Assembly (NCBI GenBank): GCA_963749915.1
Contig: CAVVOP010000021.1
Location: 672,001 to 736,000, forward strand
DNA from: an uncultured cyanobacterium
GTDB taxonomy: Bacteria > Cyanobacteriota > Cyanobacteriia > Cyanobacteriales > Cyanobacteriaceae
Length of the DNA stretch: 64,000 bases
Direction of reading: 5' to 3'
Below are positions 31,474 through 42,355 of this stretch, piece after piece. The number at the start of each line of letters is the position of its first letter. Position 1 is the first letter of the stretch. The position numbers and the translations under genes are program-made. The notes beneath the pieces are model-generated. The model was given only the letters and a program-made list of their open reading frames with translations. It did no database searches and was not told where the DNA came from.

Positions 31474-32835
31474 ATGACGGTTACCATTAAACCATCTACG
31501 ATAAAACAACAATTTTCCACTTACAGTGAGAGAAAAACTAACAAACATCTCAAACTGATTGAAACCACTTATCGCAGTAATACATCTTCCGACTACACTG
31601 AAAAAATTGAGGAGTTGACCAATAACTTCAACTACAACAGTAATAGTGGTAGTTATTGGAGTGAGCCTAGGCAGTCAATGCTATATGGTAGTCCACTCTA
31701 CGAAGTGGCCTCTCCCTCACAGAAGTTAGCCCTCAATCACCTTCACTGGTTTGCCAACTATAACTATATCTCTAATTCCGAAGCGGAAACCGTTATTTTC
31801 AACCAGATCACATCTAGCGTTTTTGAAGCGATCGGCGGTTACCAAACTCTCTCTAAGGAGTTAGCCATGGAAACAGAACAAGAATATTGCCACATCAAAG
31901 CTTTTCGCAAAATAGGTTTAATGACGGCAAAGGCTCTTATAGGCAAGGAAGGACTTAATAAACTCCTCAAATGGAACTCCTACAAATTAGTTTTAGGACA
32001 AGATTCTTTACCTACCTATAAGTATTATGCCTTGCGCTCTATAGCAACAACGATGCTTAGTAAAAACAAACAACAATATTCCAGTTATTTACGGGAGTTA
32101 GAAGCGAAAAATCATTTCATTATCAAAGCACCTACTACGGGAATGCTAGGGCGATCTTTAAAATATTCCCTGCCCTTGCAAAGTTTTTTCAGCTTCAACT
32201 GGGGAGCAGGGTCGCCTTTCATGGCTTGCCAATTCTACGCAATACGTATCATAGCTAACTTGTATCTCAAAAATATGGAGCATTCCATCGCTAAGTATTT
32301 TCAGAAGTTGGAGAAGAAGGAGGAGTTTATCCCGGCTCCCACAGCGGTCTCTCGCTACCATTTTTTGGATGAATCTTTCCACACCACCATATCTCAATTA
32401 CTGGCGAAAGATATGTATAAACATTTCCCTAAGCCAACAGCATATGAGAAATTTGTAGCTAACATGGTAATTTACATGATGCAAAGTGGCACTTTAGGCG
32501 GGCTTTCTGGTGTGTTACCTCATCGTTATTTTGCCGATGACTACTCGATTATGGAGCTAATTTACCAGCTACTACAAGCCCCTTTATTTGGCATGTCCGC
32601 CCAGGAAGCACTTCACTGGCTAAATCAGTGCTTATGTTATGAACATGAAGGTTTTCATGGGGCACTGGAGAATCGCCAACGCCTTTTATCAGAAATGTGC
32701 CGATTCTTTGAAGATATTGATTATCTCTGGCCCATCAACCGAGAAATGCGTTTAATGGCCGCACGAGGTTCAATCAGCGAAGCCATCGGCAACAATATCA
32801 GGACCTTTGAGCATTTTTCTCGCTCGGTAACTTAA
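31474..32835 (+). CDS. CylC-type dimetal-carboxylate halogenase (AurF-like)
   Basis: EQEYCH and YHFLDESFH ExxH motifs; position between FAAL-ACP and PKS. Confidence 0.8.
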   Translation: MTVTIKPSTIKQQFSTYSERKTNKHLKLIETTYRSNTSSDYTEKIEELTNNFNYNSNSGSYWSEPRQSMLYGSPLYEVASPSQKLALNHLHWFANYNYISNSEAETVIFNQITSSVFEAIGGYQTLSKELAMETEQEYCHIKAFRKIGLMTAKALIGKEGLNKLLKWNSYKLVLGQDSLPTYKYYALRSIATTMLSKNKQQYSSYLRELEAKNHFIIKAPTTGMLGRSLKYSLPLQSFFSFNWGAGSPFMACQFYAIRIIANLYLKNMEHSIAKYFQKLEKKEEFIPAPTAVSRYHFLDESFHTTISQLLAKDMYKHFPKPTAYEKFVANMVIYMMQSGTLGGLSGVLPHRYFADDYSIMELIYQLLQAPLFGMSAQEALHWLNQCLCYEHEGFHGALENRQRLLSEMCRFFEDIDYLWPINREMRLMAARGSISEAIGNNIRTFEHFSRSVT

Positions 32836-32908
32836 TTGTTCTCGATAGCTAGAACTAGAAATAACTCCGACTATTGTTAAGTCTTTTTTCCCTAATTACT
32901 TTACTTTT

Positions 32909-35395
32909 TTGAATTTATTAAATATGGAACCCATAGCAATTGTTGGCATTGGTTGCCGTTTCCCTAAAGCAAAGAATCCCGAAGCCTTCTGGCAATTATT
33001 AAGAAATGGTGTAGATGCGATCACCGAGGTACCGTCAGAGCGGTGGGATATTGACAGATTTTATGAGCCTCAGCCAGCTACCCTAGGAAAAATGAATACT
33101 CGCTGGGGATGCTTTTTGGAACATGTAGATCAATTTGACCCTGGCTTTTTTGGTATTTCCACCCCTGAAGCAGAACACATGGATCCCCAGCAAAGATTGA
33201 TGTTGGAGGTAGCCTGGGAAGCTTTAGAAAACGCCGGAATAATACCAGAAACGCTGGGGGGTACCCAGACTGGGGTATTCGTTGGCATCACCAATGCTGA
33301 TTACAATAAACTTATCTACAAAGATGCTTACCAAGTCGGGGCATACAGTCCCACGGGGACCACCCAGTGCATTGCCGCTAATCGTCTGTCCTACTTGCTG
33401 AATCTGCGAGGACCCAGTATGGCCATCGATACGGCTTGTTCGTCGTCATTATTGTCAGTTCATTTGGCGTGTCAGAGTTTGAGGAGCTTAGAGTCGTGTT
33501 TATGCCTGGTCGGGGGAGTCAATCTGGTGCTGATTCCCGAACCAACTGTAAGTTGTTCCCAAGCTCAAATGCTGTCCTCTGAGGGTCGCTGTAAGATTTT
33601 TGATGCCAGTGCCAATGGCTATGTTCGGGGAGAGGGCTGTGGCGTAATTATCCTCAAGCGTCTATCTGATGCTGTTCAAGACGGAGATAATATCCTTGCC
33701 CTCATCAGGGGTACAGCAGTTAACCACAATGGGTTGAGCAACAGTCTGAGCGCACCCAATGGACTCGCTCAACAGTCTGTAATTCGCCAAGCTTTAGAAA
33801 ATGGAAACGTCAAACCCCCAGAGATTAGCTATGTTGATGCTCACGCTGTCGGTAGTGGGCTCGGAGACGCCATCGAGTTTAAAGCCCTTAAAGCAGTTCT
33901 CATGGAAGGTCGCGAGCCAGATCAACCCTGTAGGATAGGCTCGGTCAAAACCAATATCGGTCATTTAGAATCTGCTGCTGGGATTGCTGCTTTGATTAAA
34001 GTAGTCCTCTCGTTGCAACACGAAGAAATTCCTCCGCACCTACATCTTGAAGAGCTTAATCCTTATATTTCTCTGGAAGATACCCCATTTTCCATTCCTA
34101 CCAAGTTACAGCCATGGTCTCGTGGAGAAAAGAGTCGTTTCGCTGGGGTAAGTGCTTTTAGTTTTGGTGGCACTAATGCTCACATTATTTTAGAGGAAGC
34201 ACCCCGTTCAGTAAACACTCATCAGTTAGAAGTAAACAGTAATAAAGAAACCGAGCGTCCACTCCATCTATTAACCCTATCAGCTAAAACAGAAAATGCC
34301 TTATTAGAATTAGTTGGTAATTATCAAAACTATTTGGCAACTCATCCGCAATTAAAGCTTGCAGATATTTGCTTTACTGCTAATACTAAACGCACACATT
34401 TTAACCACCGCCTCTGTATAGTTGCTGAATCCATCGCCCAGTTACGGGAAAAGTTAAAGCCTATTATCGCTCAAGAAACAACTGCTAGAGTATTCAGGGG
34501 TAAAGTAAAGGGCAGAAAACGCCCTAAAATTGCTTTCTTCTTCCCCGAGAATGAATCGGCATCTCTGAGTATGGGGTATCAACTATATCAAACTCAGCCG
34601 ACATTTCGTCAAGCTTTCGATCGCTGTGCTGATTTTCTGCAACCCTACTTAGAAAAACCTCTCTTAGAAGAACTAGGAAAGAATTCTCAATCCCAAATCG
34701 ACCAACCTGCCTTATTTGCCCTGGAATATGCCCTTGCCCAACTGTGGTATTCCTGGGGTATTAAACCCAAAGCAGTTATGGGTTGTGGAATCGGAGAATA
34801 CGTTGCGGCTACCGTAGCTGGGGTATTTAGTCTAGAAGAAGCCCTTAAATTGATTGCCGAAAGAACTCGTCTAAAGCAAGCAAACTGTTCGCTGGAAGAA
34901 ACCCTCTCTGCTTTTGCACCAATAGCCGAACAAGTAAGCTACTCTCAACCAAAGATTGGCTTTATTTCCACTTCCAGTGGAGAATTGACAACAAAATCAA
35001 TAGCGACTCCCGAGTATTGGTGTCTTCATTTACAACAGTCGGAAATCTCTGCTGGTGGTATAGAAGCTTTAGCCGACTATCAAGTGGTTTTGACCATGGG
35101 TTCACAGGCGACTTCTTTATGCCAAGAAGTGGGAACTCACCTATTTAGCTTAGGTCAAGGACGAGATGATTGGCTAGAAATGCTTTCTAGTTTAGGAGAA
35201 TTATTTGTTCGCGGGATAGCCATAGACTGGTGTAGTTTTGACCGAGATTATCCCCGTCGTCGTCTCCAACTACCGACTTATCCATTTCAGCGACAGCGAT
35301 ACTGGTTTAAATCTACTGATAATGAGCAGCAATTATTGCCTCACCACAAAGATCTAGACTCTGACTTCGAAAAAGTTTTGGCCCTCTCATCTTAA
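32909..35395 (+). CDS. Type I PKS module, KS plus degenerate AT
   Basis: DTACSSS, DAHAVGS, GHLESAAG; AT motif GCGIG lacks the catalytic Ser; likely start ATG 32924. Confidence 0.9.
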   Translation: MNLLNMEPIAIVGIGCRFPKAKNPEAFWQLLRNGVDAITEVPSERWDIDRFYEPQPATLGKMNTRWGCFLEHVDQFDPGFFGISTPEAEHMDPQQRLMLEVAWEALENAGIIPETLGGTQTGVFVGITNADYNKLIYKDAYQVGAYSPTGTTQCIAANRLSYLLNLRGPSMAIDTACSSSLLSVHLACQSLRSLESCLCLVGGVNLVLIPEPTVSCSQAQMLSSEGRCKIFDASANGYVRGEGCGVIILKRLSDAVQDGDNILALIRGTAVNHNGLSNSLSAPNGLAQQSVIRQALENGNVKPPEISYVDAHAVGSGLGDAIEFKALKAVLMEGREPDQPCRIGSVKTNIGHLESAAGIAALIKVVLSLQHEEIPPHLHLEELNPYISLEDTPFSIPTKLQPWSRGEKSRFAGVSAFSFGGTNAHIILEEAPRSVNTHQLEVNSNKETERPLHLLTLSAKTENALLELVGNYQNYLATHPQLKLADICFTANTKRTHFNHRLCIVAESIAQLREKLKPIIAQETTARVFRGKVKGRKRPKIAFFFPENESASLSMGYQLYQTQPTFRQAFDRCADFLQPYLEKPLLEELGKNSQSQIDQPALFALEYALAQLWYSWGIKPKAVMGCGIGEYVAATVAGVFSLEEALKLIAERTRLKQANCSLEETLSAFAPIAEQVSYSQPKIGFISTSSGELTTKSIATPEYWCLHLQQSEISAGGIEALADYQVVLTMGSQATSLCQEVGTHLFSLGQGRDDWLEMLSSLGELFVRGIAIDWCSFDRDYPRRRLQLPTYPFQRQRYWFKSTDNEQQLLPHHKDLDSDFEKVLALSS

Positions 35396-35446
35396 TTATA
35401 CGGAAACTTAACAAAAAACTTGTGTTCTATTATTAGGTAAAAACCA

Positions 35447-35761
35447 ATGAAAGAAAAGATTTTAGAAGCCCCACAGCATCCGAGTACTCCATCGATGAGT
35501 GCAGAAGATATTCAAGATTGGTTGGCATCTCAAATTGCTGAACAGTTAGGAGTCGACCCCGATGAGATTGATATTCGAGTACCTTTCGATAGCTACAGCT
35601 TAGACTCTGTGCAGATCATGGCCATTGCGAGCCTAGGAAAACAATATTTAGGTCTGCAACTCTCTCCCCTGGTTATCTGGAATTATCCCAATATTGACTC
35701 TCTGTCTCACCACTTGGCTCAAGAATTACAAGCTTCGGAAATAGAGGTTTTAGAACTATGA
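35447..35761 (+). CDS. Acyl carrier protein
   Basis: FDSYSLDSV, IWNYPNI; acidic C-terminal docking-like tail. Confidence 0.88.
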   Translation: MKEKILEAPQHPSTPSMSAEDIQDWLASQIAEQLGVDPDEIDIRVPFDSYSLDSVQIMAIASLGKQYLGLQLSPLVIWNYPNIDSLSHHLAQELQASEIEVLEL

Positions 35762-37668
35762 AAACTATCCATGTATCAGAACTTTTGACAAATCTTAGTC
35801 AACAAGGGGTTCAGTTGTGGAGTGATCATGACAAATTAAAAATCAATGCTCCCAAGGGAACTTTAACCCCACAAATTCAGGCAGATCTAACCGCACGCAA
35901 AACAGAAATTCTCACTTTTTTGCGTGAAAGTAATGATTCTGGTTGCCAAACTTCTACTGGACTAAGTTTACAGACAATTGGTCGTTTAATTGGTGGATCT
36001 TGTCCTAGTTCTCCCATAGAGTTCAAATCACCCATTGTCGATCCCAAAGTAATGGCAAAACACCTCAAAGTTACCTTGAGACCATTGCCAAAAGGATTTG
36101 AGAATCAAGCTATTCTGAAGCTTGGCCAAGAATTAGAACTCAAGCTGCGAAACTACGGCGTGCAAATTATTTCTTGGGAAAAAGCAACCAGGGACTTTGC
36201 TTATGGAATTCCTATTCCCTTAACTAAATGGAAAAAAACGATTAAAACCAGAGTAGTTAAACCTGAAATTAGTGCGGTAATAGATGTTAGCAGACCGAGC
36301 AATAAAATTAAAAGTTTTATTGCCGAAAAATTCTATCAAATTTATTCTCAATTTTTCTTGAGAAATCAAAAAAAATCCCTTGCGACAATTACCAAGTTGA
36401 TTGCCTGGGCTGAAGATCATACAATGCAACGTCTCGAAGATCCTACCGCTACTCAAGTAATTATGTTGACACAGCTCGATCGAGATTTTGTTGACTCAAA
36501 AGTCCCCTATGAAAGGAAAATTGCTATTGGTGTAAATACTTTAGTAAAAAGCTTTGCTGAAATTGTGATCGGGGTATCTGAGAGCAAGATTTCTATCTTA
36601 AATATGAATCTTGCCGATTCTCTTTTTCCGAGAGAAAAGTTTGATGATTTCGTTTTGAAATCCTTAATTCCGAAAATTTACGTACCGATCGCACCTTTGC
36701 CCCTCAATCGCTTTGCCATAAGTAAATACAATCCCAAACAATCACTTTATGCAACTAAATTACAACAATTGAGTCAAGAATTGGCAAATACGGGACTTTT
36801 TCCTTCCGGCTTCAAACTCGGTGAGATAATTAAACGGCAATCCCATCGAGACATTGTTGATTCAATTGTCAATGGTAGAACAGGTGTTTCTTACGGTTTT
36901 GTTGCTTATGCCGAGCCACCACAGTATATTGGCGATCGCCAAATCACAGAAAGTCAGTGGCAAAGTCTCTCATCCGTAGAGGGATTTAGTAGCAAGGAAG
37001 TCCGTCAAAATGCCATGGGCAGACGGTATCTCAAAACCAAGATCAAGGATCGATACGCCTACAAACAAATTCCCGATATCTGGCTAGTATGTTCCCGTTC
37101 CGGTGCCAATAAGACAGATTTAAAGCTAGAGGGTGACATTCTTAGGATAGGTATGAAAAATAATTTATACCTTGAGATAGCAGAAGGTATCGATCCGACA
37201 CAAGTAGATGTCAAGCCTTCTTACGATACTTACGTGATGGTAGCGATCGCCCTCTCAGCAGCTCTGTATGCACCTGAATTAATAGAGAATGGTGCACCAA
37301 TGATTCATTTTCACGGCTATCCAGCCAAAGACTGGTTTGAGTCAAAGGAATTTTGGGCTGGAGTTGAGCATCCCTCTGTCCCCTGTGGAACTTATGAATC
37401 GGGAGTATTCAATTTTCTCAGTATTTATAATTTGGTCAACCAAAAGGACACCCCTATTGCCTTAGCCAGTCTAATCGAACCGGATCACGGCACGAATATT
37501 ATCACCAGCGATTCGGAGTATTTACTAGCAAGATTAGCAAGGGGAATCCAACAGCAACAAATCGAATTAGGTGGCAAGCATTTTGCTTCCCTTAGCGAAA
37601 GACCCTTAGCCGTGGCAAATCCGCAAGGATACACCGCCATTTGCCCTGACAAAAGTTTGAACATGTAA
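35758..37668 (+). CDS. TubC-N docking domain fused to unknown / class II aldolase-like domain
   Basis: ELLTNLSQQGVQLWSDHDKLKINAPKGTLT..RKTEILTFL; SRSGANK, KPSYD, HFHG, PDHG. Confidence 0.65.
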   Translation: MKTIHVSELLTNLSQQGVQLWSDHDKLKINAPKGTLTPQIQADLTARKTEILTFLRESNDSGCQTSTGLSLQTIGRLIGGSCPSSPIEFKSPIVDPKVMAKHLKVTLRPLPKGFENQAILKLGQELELKLRNYGVQIISWEKATRDFAYGIPIPLTKWKKTIKTRVVKPEISAVIDVSRPSNKIKSFIAEKFYQIYSQFFLRNQKKSLATITKLIAWAEDHTMQRLEDPTATQVIMLTQLDRDFVDSKVPYERKIAIGVNTLVKSFAEIVIGVSESKISILNMNLADSLFPREKFDDFVLKSLIPKIYVPIAPLPLNRFAISKYNPKQSLYATKLQQLSQELANTGLFPSGFKLGEIIKRQSHRDIVDSIVNGRTGVSYGFVAYAEPPQYIGDRQITESQWQSLSSVEGFSSKEVRQNAMGRRYLKTKIKDRYAYKQIPDIWLVCSRSGANKTDLKLEGDILRIGMKNNLYLEIAEGIDPTQVDVKPSYDTYVMVAIALSAALYAPELIENGAPMIHFHGYPAKDWFESKEFWAGVEHPSVPCGTYESGVFNFLSIYNLVNQKDTPIALASLIEPDHGTNIITSDSEYLLARLARGIQQQQIELGGKHFASLSERPLAVANPQGYTAICPDKSLNM

Positions 37669-37689
37669 TTTAATGCGGAACTGAGCGAC

Positions 37690-38559
37690 ATGACAACCAT
37701 AGCAGGTAAAACAGTACTTCTAACCGGTGCCTCCCGAGGTATTGGCCTATTTATCGCCCGTGAACTAGCCAAAAAACAGGCAACTATAGTGGCTGTAGCC
37801 CGTTCCCGAGAAAAATTGGATCGAGTCTGTGGGGAAATTAATAATAATTGGGGTGGGAAAGCTATTGGCATTTCTTTCGACCTAAGCCAGGTAGAACAAC
37901 TACCAACCTTGGTAGAAAAGATTGAAAAACAGGCTGGTTCGATTGACATCTTAATTAACAACGCCGGCAGAGAAATCTATCGAGCTTTCCCCGATTATTC
38001 CCTTGCTGAGCTTCAGTCAGTTTTATCAATTAACTTGCTGGCGGCGATGGAGTTGACCCGTTTACTATTGCCAAATATGTTAGAGCAACGCACCGGTCAC
38101 GTTGTCAATATTGCCTCTCTGGCTAGTAAAAAGGGACATCCTTACGACAGTATTTATTCTGCCAGTAAAGCCGGTTTGCTGATGTGGGCTGATGCCCTCA
38201 GACAAGAATTAGCGAATACTGGAGTAGGAATTTCTTCTATTTGCCCTGGATACATTTCCGACTTCGGACTGTTAGCCGATACTGGCGTGCCCTCACCGAG
38301 TTTGGCAGGCACCTCTAAATCACAAGATGTAGCCAAAGCAGTAGTGGGGGCGATCGAGAAAAACAAAGCGGAAGTCATAGTCAATGGTGGATTGCTTACA
38401 GAAAGTCTAACAAAGCTATTATTGGCGATCGAACAATTTTTTCCTCAACTGGGAGATTCGGTTAATCAGTTGCTAGGTGTAACTAGGCTCAATCAAATGC
38501 GCATTAAAGCTGTTGAGAATAATCAGAAAAATACTAAACAAGCGAGTTTAGTTAGATAA
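37690..38559 (+). CDS. SDR family oxidoreductase
   Basis: TGASRGIG, INNAG, YSASK. Confidence 0.93.
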   Translation: MTTIAGKTVLLTGASRGIGLFIARELAKKQATIVAVARSREKLDRVCGEINNNWGGKAIGISFDLSQVEQLPTLVEKIEKQAGSIDILINNAGREIYRAFPDYSLAELQSVLSINLLAAMELTRLLLPNMLEQRTGHVVNIASLASKKGHPYDSIYSASKAGLLMWADALRQELANTGVGISSICPGYISDFGLLADTGVPSPSLAGTSKSQDVAKAVVGAIEKNKAEVIVNGGLLTESLTKLLLAIEQFFPQLGDSVNQLLGVTRLNQMRIKAVENNQKNTKQASLVR

Positions 38560-38630
38560 ATTTTCCACAAAATAACCAAGATTTCAAGGCCAAAAAAAAC
38601 AACTTATCAGGTACAGGAGGTTTAATTAAG

Positions 38631-39785
38631 ATGAAAAAAGTATATTTCATGATTTACGACATGGGGGCAGGTCATCGTAGCACTGCCAATGCCTTGAAAG
38701 AAGTTATCGAACAGTACAAAATCCCCTGGAAAGTTGAAGTCGTTGAAGTTTTCAAAGAAGTCTTTGGCATGACTAGACCCCAGTTTGTCTATAACAATTG
38801 GGTATTGAAAAAAAAATGGGCAAAACTGATTAATGACCCCTTATCGGTTCCCTTATTCAAGCTGGAAATTCGCCTTCGACATCGAGCTTGGCAAAAACGC
38901 CTGAAAGATTATTGGCGGCAGCATCAACCAGATCTCGTCGTTTCTCTGATGCCACTAGTTAATCGGGTGCTTTCTGAAAGCTTACAGGAAGAGCTACCAA
39001 AAACTCCTTTTGTTACCTCGATCACGGATTTTGCTGACTGCCCTCCCCACTTCTGGATTGAACCCCAAGAACAGTTGCTAATTTGTCCTTCTGAGCAAGC
39101 AGTTAAACAAGCACAATCTTTTGGTTATCCCCTGGAAAGAATTTACCGAACCTCGGGAGTAGTTATTCACCCTCAGTTTTATGAGCCAGTGAAAATGGAT
39201 CGGCCGGTTGAAAGACAACGCTTAGGACTAGATCCAGATTTACCCACAGGCCTAGTTATCTTTGGCAGTAATGGCTCGAAGGAAATGATCGAGATTGCTG
39301 AGCGTTTAGAGAATTCATCCCTAAACCTCCAACTCATCTTTATCTGCGGCAGAAATGAAAAACTAGCCAAAGAGTTGCAAAATAGGCAAACTCGCTTCCC
39401 TAAGTATGTTGAAGGATTTACCACACAAATTCCCCACTATATGGATTTATGCGATTTCTTCATTGGTAAACCTGGCAGTGTTGGCGTTAGCGAGGCTGTA
39501 GGCAGAAAACTGCCAGTAATTACGGAGTGTAATAATCTCACAACTTTGTTTCAAGAACGAGCTAGTGCCCATTGGCTGACAGATAACGGATTCGGCATTG
39601 TTGTTGAGAATTTCCGCGAGATTAGCAAAGCCGTGGCAGAACTAATCCAGCCGGAAAACTTGTCTCGCTATCGGTCTAATGTGGAAGCTTATAACAATCG
39701 GGCTGTCTTTGAAGTTGTCGATATTTTAGAAAAAATCCTGGAAAACTCAACACTAGAAGCTGACCACAAATTAATTCAAGTGTAA
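38631..39785 (+). CDS. GT28 / MGDG-synthase-like glycosyltransferase
   Basis: GAGHRSTA, ICGRNEKL, FIGKPG..SEA. Confidence 0.88.
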   Translation: MKKVYFMIYDMGAGHRSTANALKEVIEQYKIPWKVEVVEVFKEVFGMTRPQFVYNNWVLKKKWAKLINDPLSVPLFKLEIRLRHRAWQKRLKDYWRQHQPDLVVSLMPLVNRVLSESLQEELPKTPFVTSITDFADCPPHFWIEPQEQLLICPSEQAVKQAQSFGYPLERIYRTSGVVIHPQFYEPVKMDRPVERQRLGLDPDLPTGLVIFGSNGSKEMIEIAERLENSSLNLQLIFICGRNEKLAKELQNRQTRFPKYVEGFTTQIPHYMDLCDFFIGKPGSVGVSEAVGRKLPVITECNNLTTLFQERASAHWLTDNGFGIVVENFREISKAVAELIQPENLSRYRSNVEAYNNRAVFEVVDILEKILENSTLEADHKLIQV

Positions 39786-39867
39786 AAAACGATGAGGCTT
39801 CACAGATCGCTGTGCGATCGCAACTATTACCAATTTTCGAGAAAACAATTTTGATGGAGAATTGAAC

Positions 39868-40701
39868 ATGAAAACTATAGCAAACAAAACAGTAGTTTTA
39901 ACTGGAGCTTCAGGGGGTATTGGTGCATTCGTTGCTCGTGCTTTAGCCCAAGAGGGAGCAACCGTAGTCGGGGTTTCTCGTTCTCAGGCAAATTTAGAAC
40001 AAATCTGTACTGAGGTTGAGACATTGGGGGGCAAAGGAATCAGCATTCCCTTCGACATCAGCCGCCTAGAAAAATTACCCGTCCTGGTAGAAAAGATTGA
40101 GGCAATTGCTGGTTCAGTTGATATTTTAATTAACAATGCGGCAATTGAAAAATTTCGACCTTTCCCAAACTACGCCTTAGAAGATATCCAATCGATCTTG
40201 ACGCTCAATCTTCATGCACCCATGGAATTAACCCGCTTGTTATTGCCAAGCATGATAGAGCGAAACAGTGGTCATATCGTCAATATTTCTTCGGGTGCTG
40301 GTAAAAAAGGAGCACCTTTTAACAGCGTCTATTCTGCCAGTAAAGCAGGTTTAATCACCTGGTCTGAGGGAATACGACATGAGTTAGCCAAGACCAATAT
40401 CGGAGTTTCGGTAATCTGCCCTGGATGTACCAATGCGGGAATGTTCCTCGCCCTAGATATTCCAGCACCTAGTGGAGCTCGCATTGCCGAACCATCAGAG
40501 GTGGCAGATGTGGTAATTCAAGCCATTAAGCAAAACCAAAAAGAAGTCATCCTCGATAGTTTTGCGGTCAAGGTTTTTTATGCCCTTTCCCAACTGTCTC
40601 CAGACTTTGGCGATTCGATGATTCAAAAATCTGGAGTGGTAGAGACGAACCAAAGTCTTGCTCAAAAGCAAATGCAGCTTAAAAGTCTCGTCCGCAATTA
40701 A
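39868..40701 (+). CDS. SDR family oxidoreductase (paralogue of 37690)
   Basis: TGASGGIG, INNAA, YSASK; start taken at MKTIA. Confidence 0.93.
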   Translation: MKTIANKTVVLTGASGGIGAFVARALAQEGATVVGVSRSQANLEQICTEVETLGGKGISIPFDISRLEKLPVLVEKIEAIAGSVDILINNAAIEKFRPFPNYALEDIQSILTLNLHAPMELTRLLLPSMIERNSGHIVNISSGAGKKGAPFNSVYSASKAGLITWSEGIRHELAKTNIGVSVICPGCTNAGMFLALDIPAPSGARIAEPSEVADVVIQAIKQNQKEVILDSFAVKVFYALSQLSPDFGDSMIQKSGVVETNQSLAQKQMQLKSLVRN

Positions 40702-40744
40702 ATTTTATCAATCATGACAAAATGTCCTGGAGTAGCAAATTAAG

Positions 40745-42322
40745 ATGAATAACAATCATTATGATGTCATAATTATCGGTACCGGTGCGGGTGGTGGCAC
40801 TCTCGCCAGAACTCTGGCCCCCAGCGGCAAGAAAATTTTACTTTTAGAGCGAGGAAATTTTCTGCCCAAAGAAAAAGCTAATTGGGATTCTCAAGAAGTT
40901 TACGGTAAAGACCGCTATCGCACTACTGACGAGTGGTATGACAAAGACGGCAATCCCTTTCAACCCTTTACTCATTATTTTGTGGGTGGAAACACTAAAT
41001 TTTACGGTAGCGCACTGTACCGTTTTCGTGAACGAGACTTTGAAGAAGTTCTGCATAAAGATGGTATTTCTCCAGAATGGCCCTTGAAATATCAAGATTT
41101 TGAACCTTACTATACTAAAGCGGAAAAACTCTATGATGTACACGGAAAAAGAGGTATTGACCCGACTGAACCCCCCAGTGATCAAGACTATCCCTTTCCA
41201 CCCATCAGCCACGAACCCCAGATCGAAAAAATCTGCCATAACCTTAAAGATAGGGGTTTTCATCCCTGTTATCAGCCCCTAGGGATCAAGCTTAATGAAG
41301 TCAATCGTTTTATAAGTACCTGTATTCGTTGTAATACCTGTGATGGCTTTCCTTGCATGGTTAATGCCAAAGCCGATGGCGATGTAAATGGCGTACGTCC
41401 GGCAATGGTCTATGAGAACCTAACTTTAATCACTGAAGCCAAAGTATTGTGCCTACACACCAGTCCCTCAGGACGGGAGGTGACAGGCGTGGAAGCAGAA
41501 ATTGCGGGAGAAAGACAAATTTTTTCGAGCGATATCGTAGTAGTTGCTGGGGGAGCGATCAACTCAGCTGTTTTACTACTTAAATCTGCTAACGAGCAAC
41601 ATCCTCATGGATTAGCCAATAGTTCCGATCTAGTAGGCCGTAACTATATGCGGCACAAGATTTCAGCCATTGTCGCTTTGGGAGTTAAACCCAATCCAAC
41701 GGTGTATCCGAAAACCCTTGCTGTAAATGATTTTTATTGGGGAGAGTCAGATTTTCCTTACCCGATGGGTCACGTACAAACTTTGGGTAATATCACCGAA
41801 GACCGTGCTGCGGCTAATAGTCCGCCTTTTGTTCCCAGTAAACTAATTCCTAGAGCGGTATTTAAAGCGATCGCAAATCGCACAACTCCCTGGTTTTTGA
41901 TGGCAGAAGACTTACCAGATCCCAACAATCGCGTACGCGTCGAGGGGGAGAAAATTTTTCTCGAATATACCAACAATAACGACGAAGCACTCAACCGTCT
42001 AGTTAAACGCTGGCAGGAAGTTCTGAGGTCGATTGAACCTTTATCGCTCTTTTTTACCACAGAGATGTCCATCAAAGACGTTGGTCATCAGTGCGGTACT
42101 TGTCTTTTTGGCGAAGATCCTGCGACTTCTGTACTCGATCTCAATTGCCGCACCCACGATGTCGATAACCTTTACGTTGTGGATGGAAGTTTTTTCCCTT
42201 CCAGTGCCGCTTTGAACCCAACGCTGACCATTATTGCCAATGCCATTAGGGTGGGAGAACACCTGCTCGACAGGATGCGTTGCTCCGAGCGTGCATCCCT
42301 AAATAACTATCAGTCCGTATAG
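40745..42322 (+). CDS. GMC family oxidoreductase
   Basis: GTGAGGG, VGGNTKFYG, HQCGT, NPTLTIIANA. Confidence 0.93.
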   Translation: MNNNHYDVIIIGTGAGGGTLARTLAPSGKKILLLERGNFLPKEKANWDSQEVYGKDRYRTTDEWYDKDGNPFQPFTHYFVGGNTKFYGSALYRFRERDFEEVLHKDGISPEWPLKYQDFEPYYTKAEKLYDVHGKRGIDPTEPPSDQDYPFPPISHEPQIEKICHNLKDRGFHPCYQPLGIKLNEVNRFISTCIRCNTCDGFPCMVNAKADGDVNGVRPAMVYENLTLITEAKVLCLHTSPSGREVTGVEAEIAGERQIFSSDIVVVAGGAINSAVLLLKSANEQHPHGLANSSDLVGRNYMRHKISAIVALGVKPNPTVYPKTLAVNDFYWGESDFPYPMGHVQTLGNITEDRAAANSPPFVPSKLIPRAVFKAIANRTTPWFLMAEDLPDPNNRVRVEGEKIFLEYTNNNDEALNRLVKRWQEVLRSIEPLSLFFTTEMSIKDVGHQCGTCLFGEDPATSVLDLNCRTHDVDNLYVVDGSFFPSSAALNPTLTIIANAIRVGEHLLDRMRCSERASLNNYQSV

Positions 42323-42355
42323 ACATCCACATCAACAATAGTCGGAGCAAAATTT

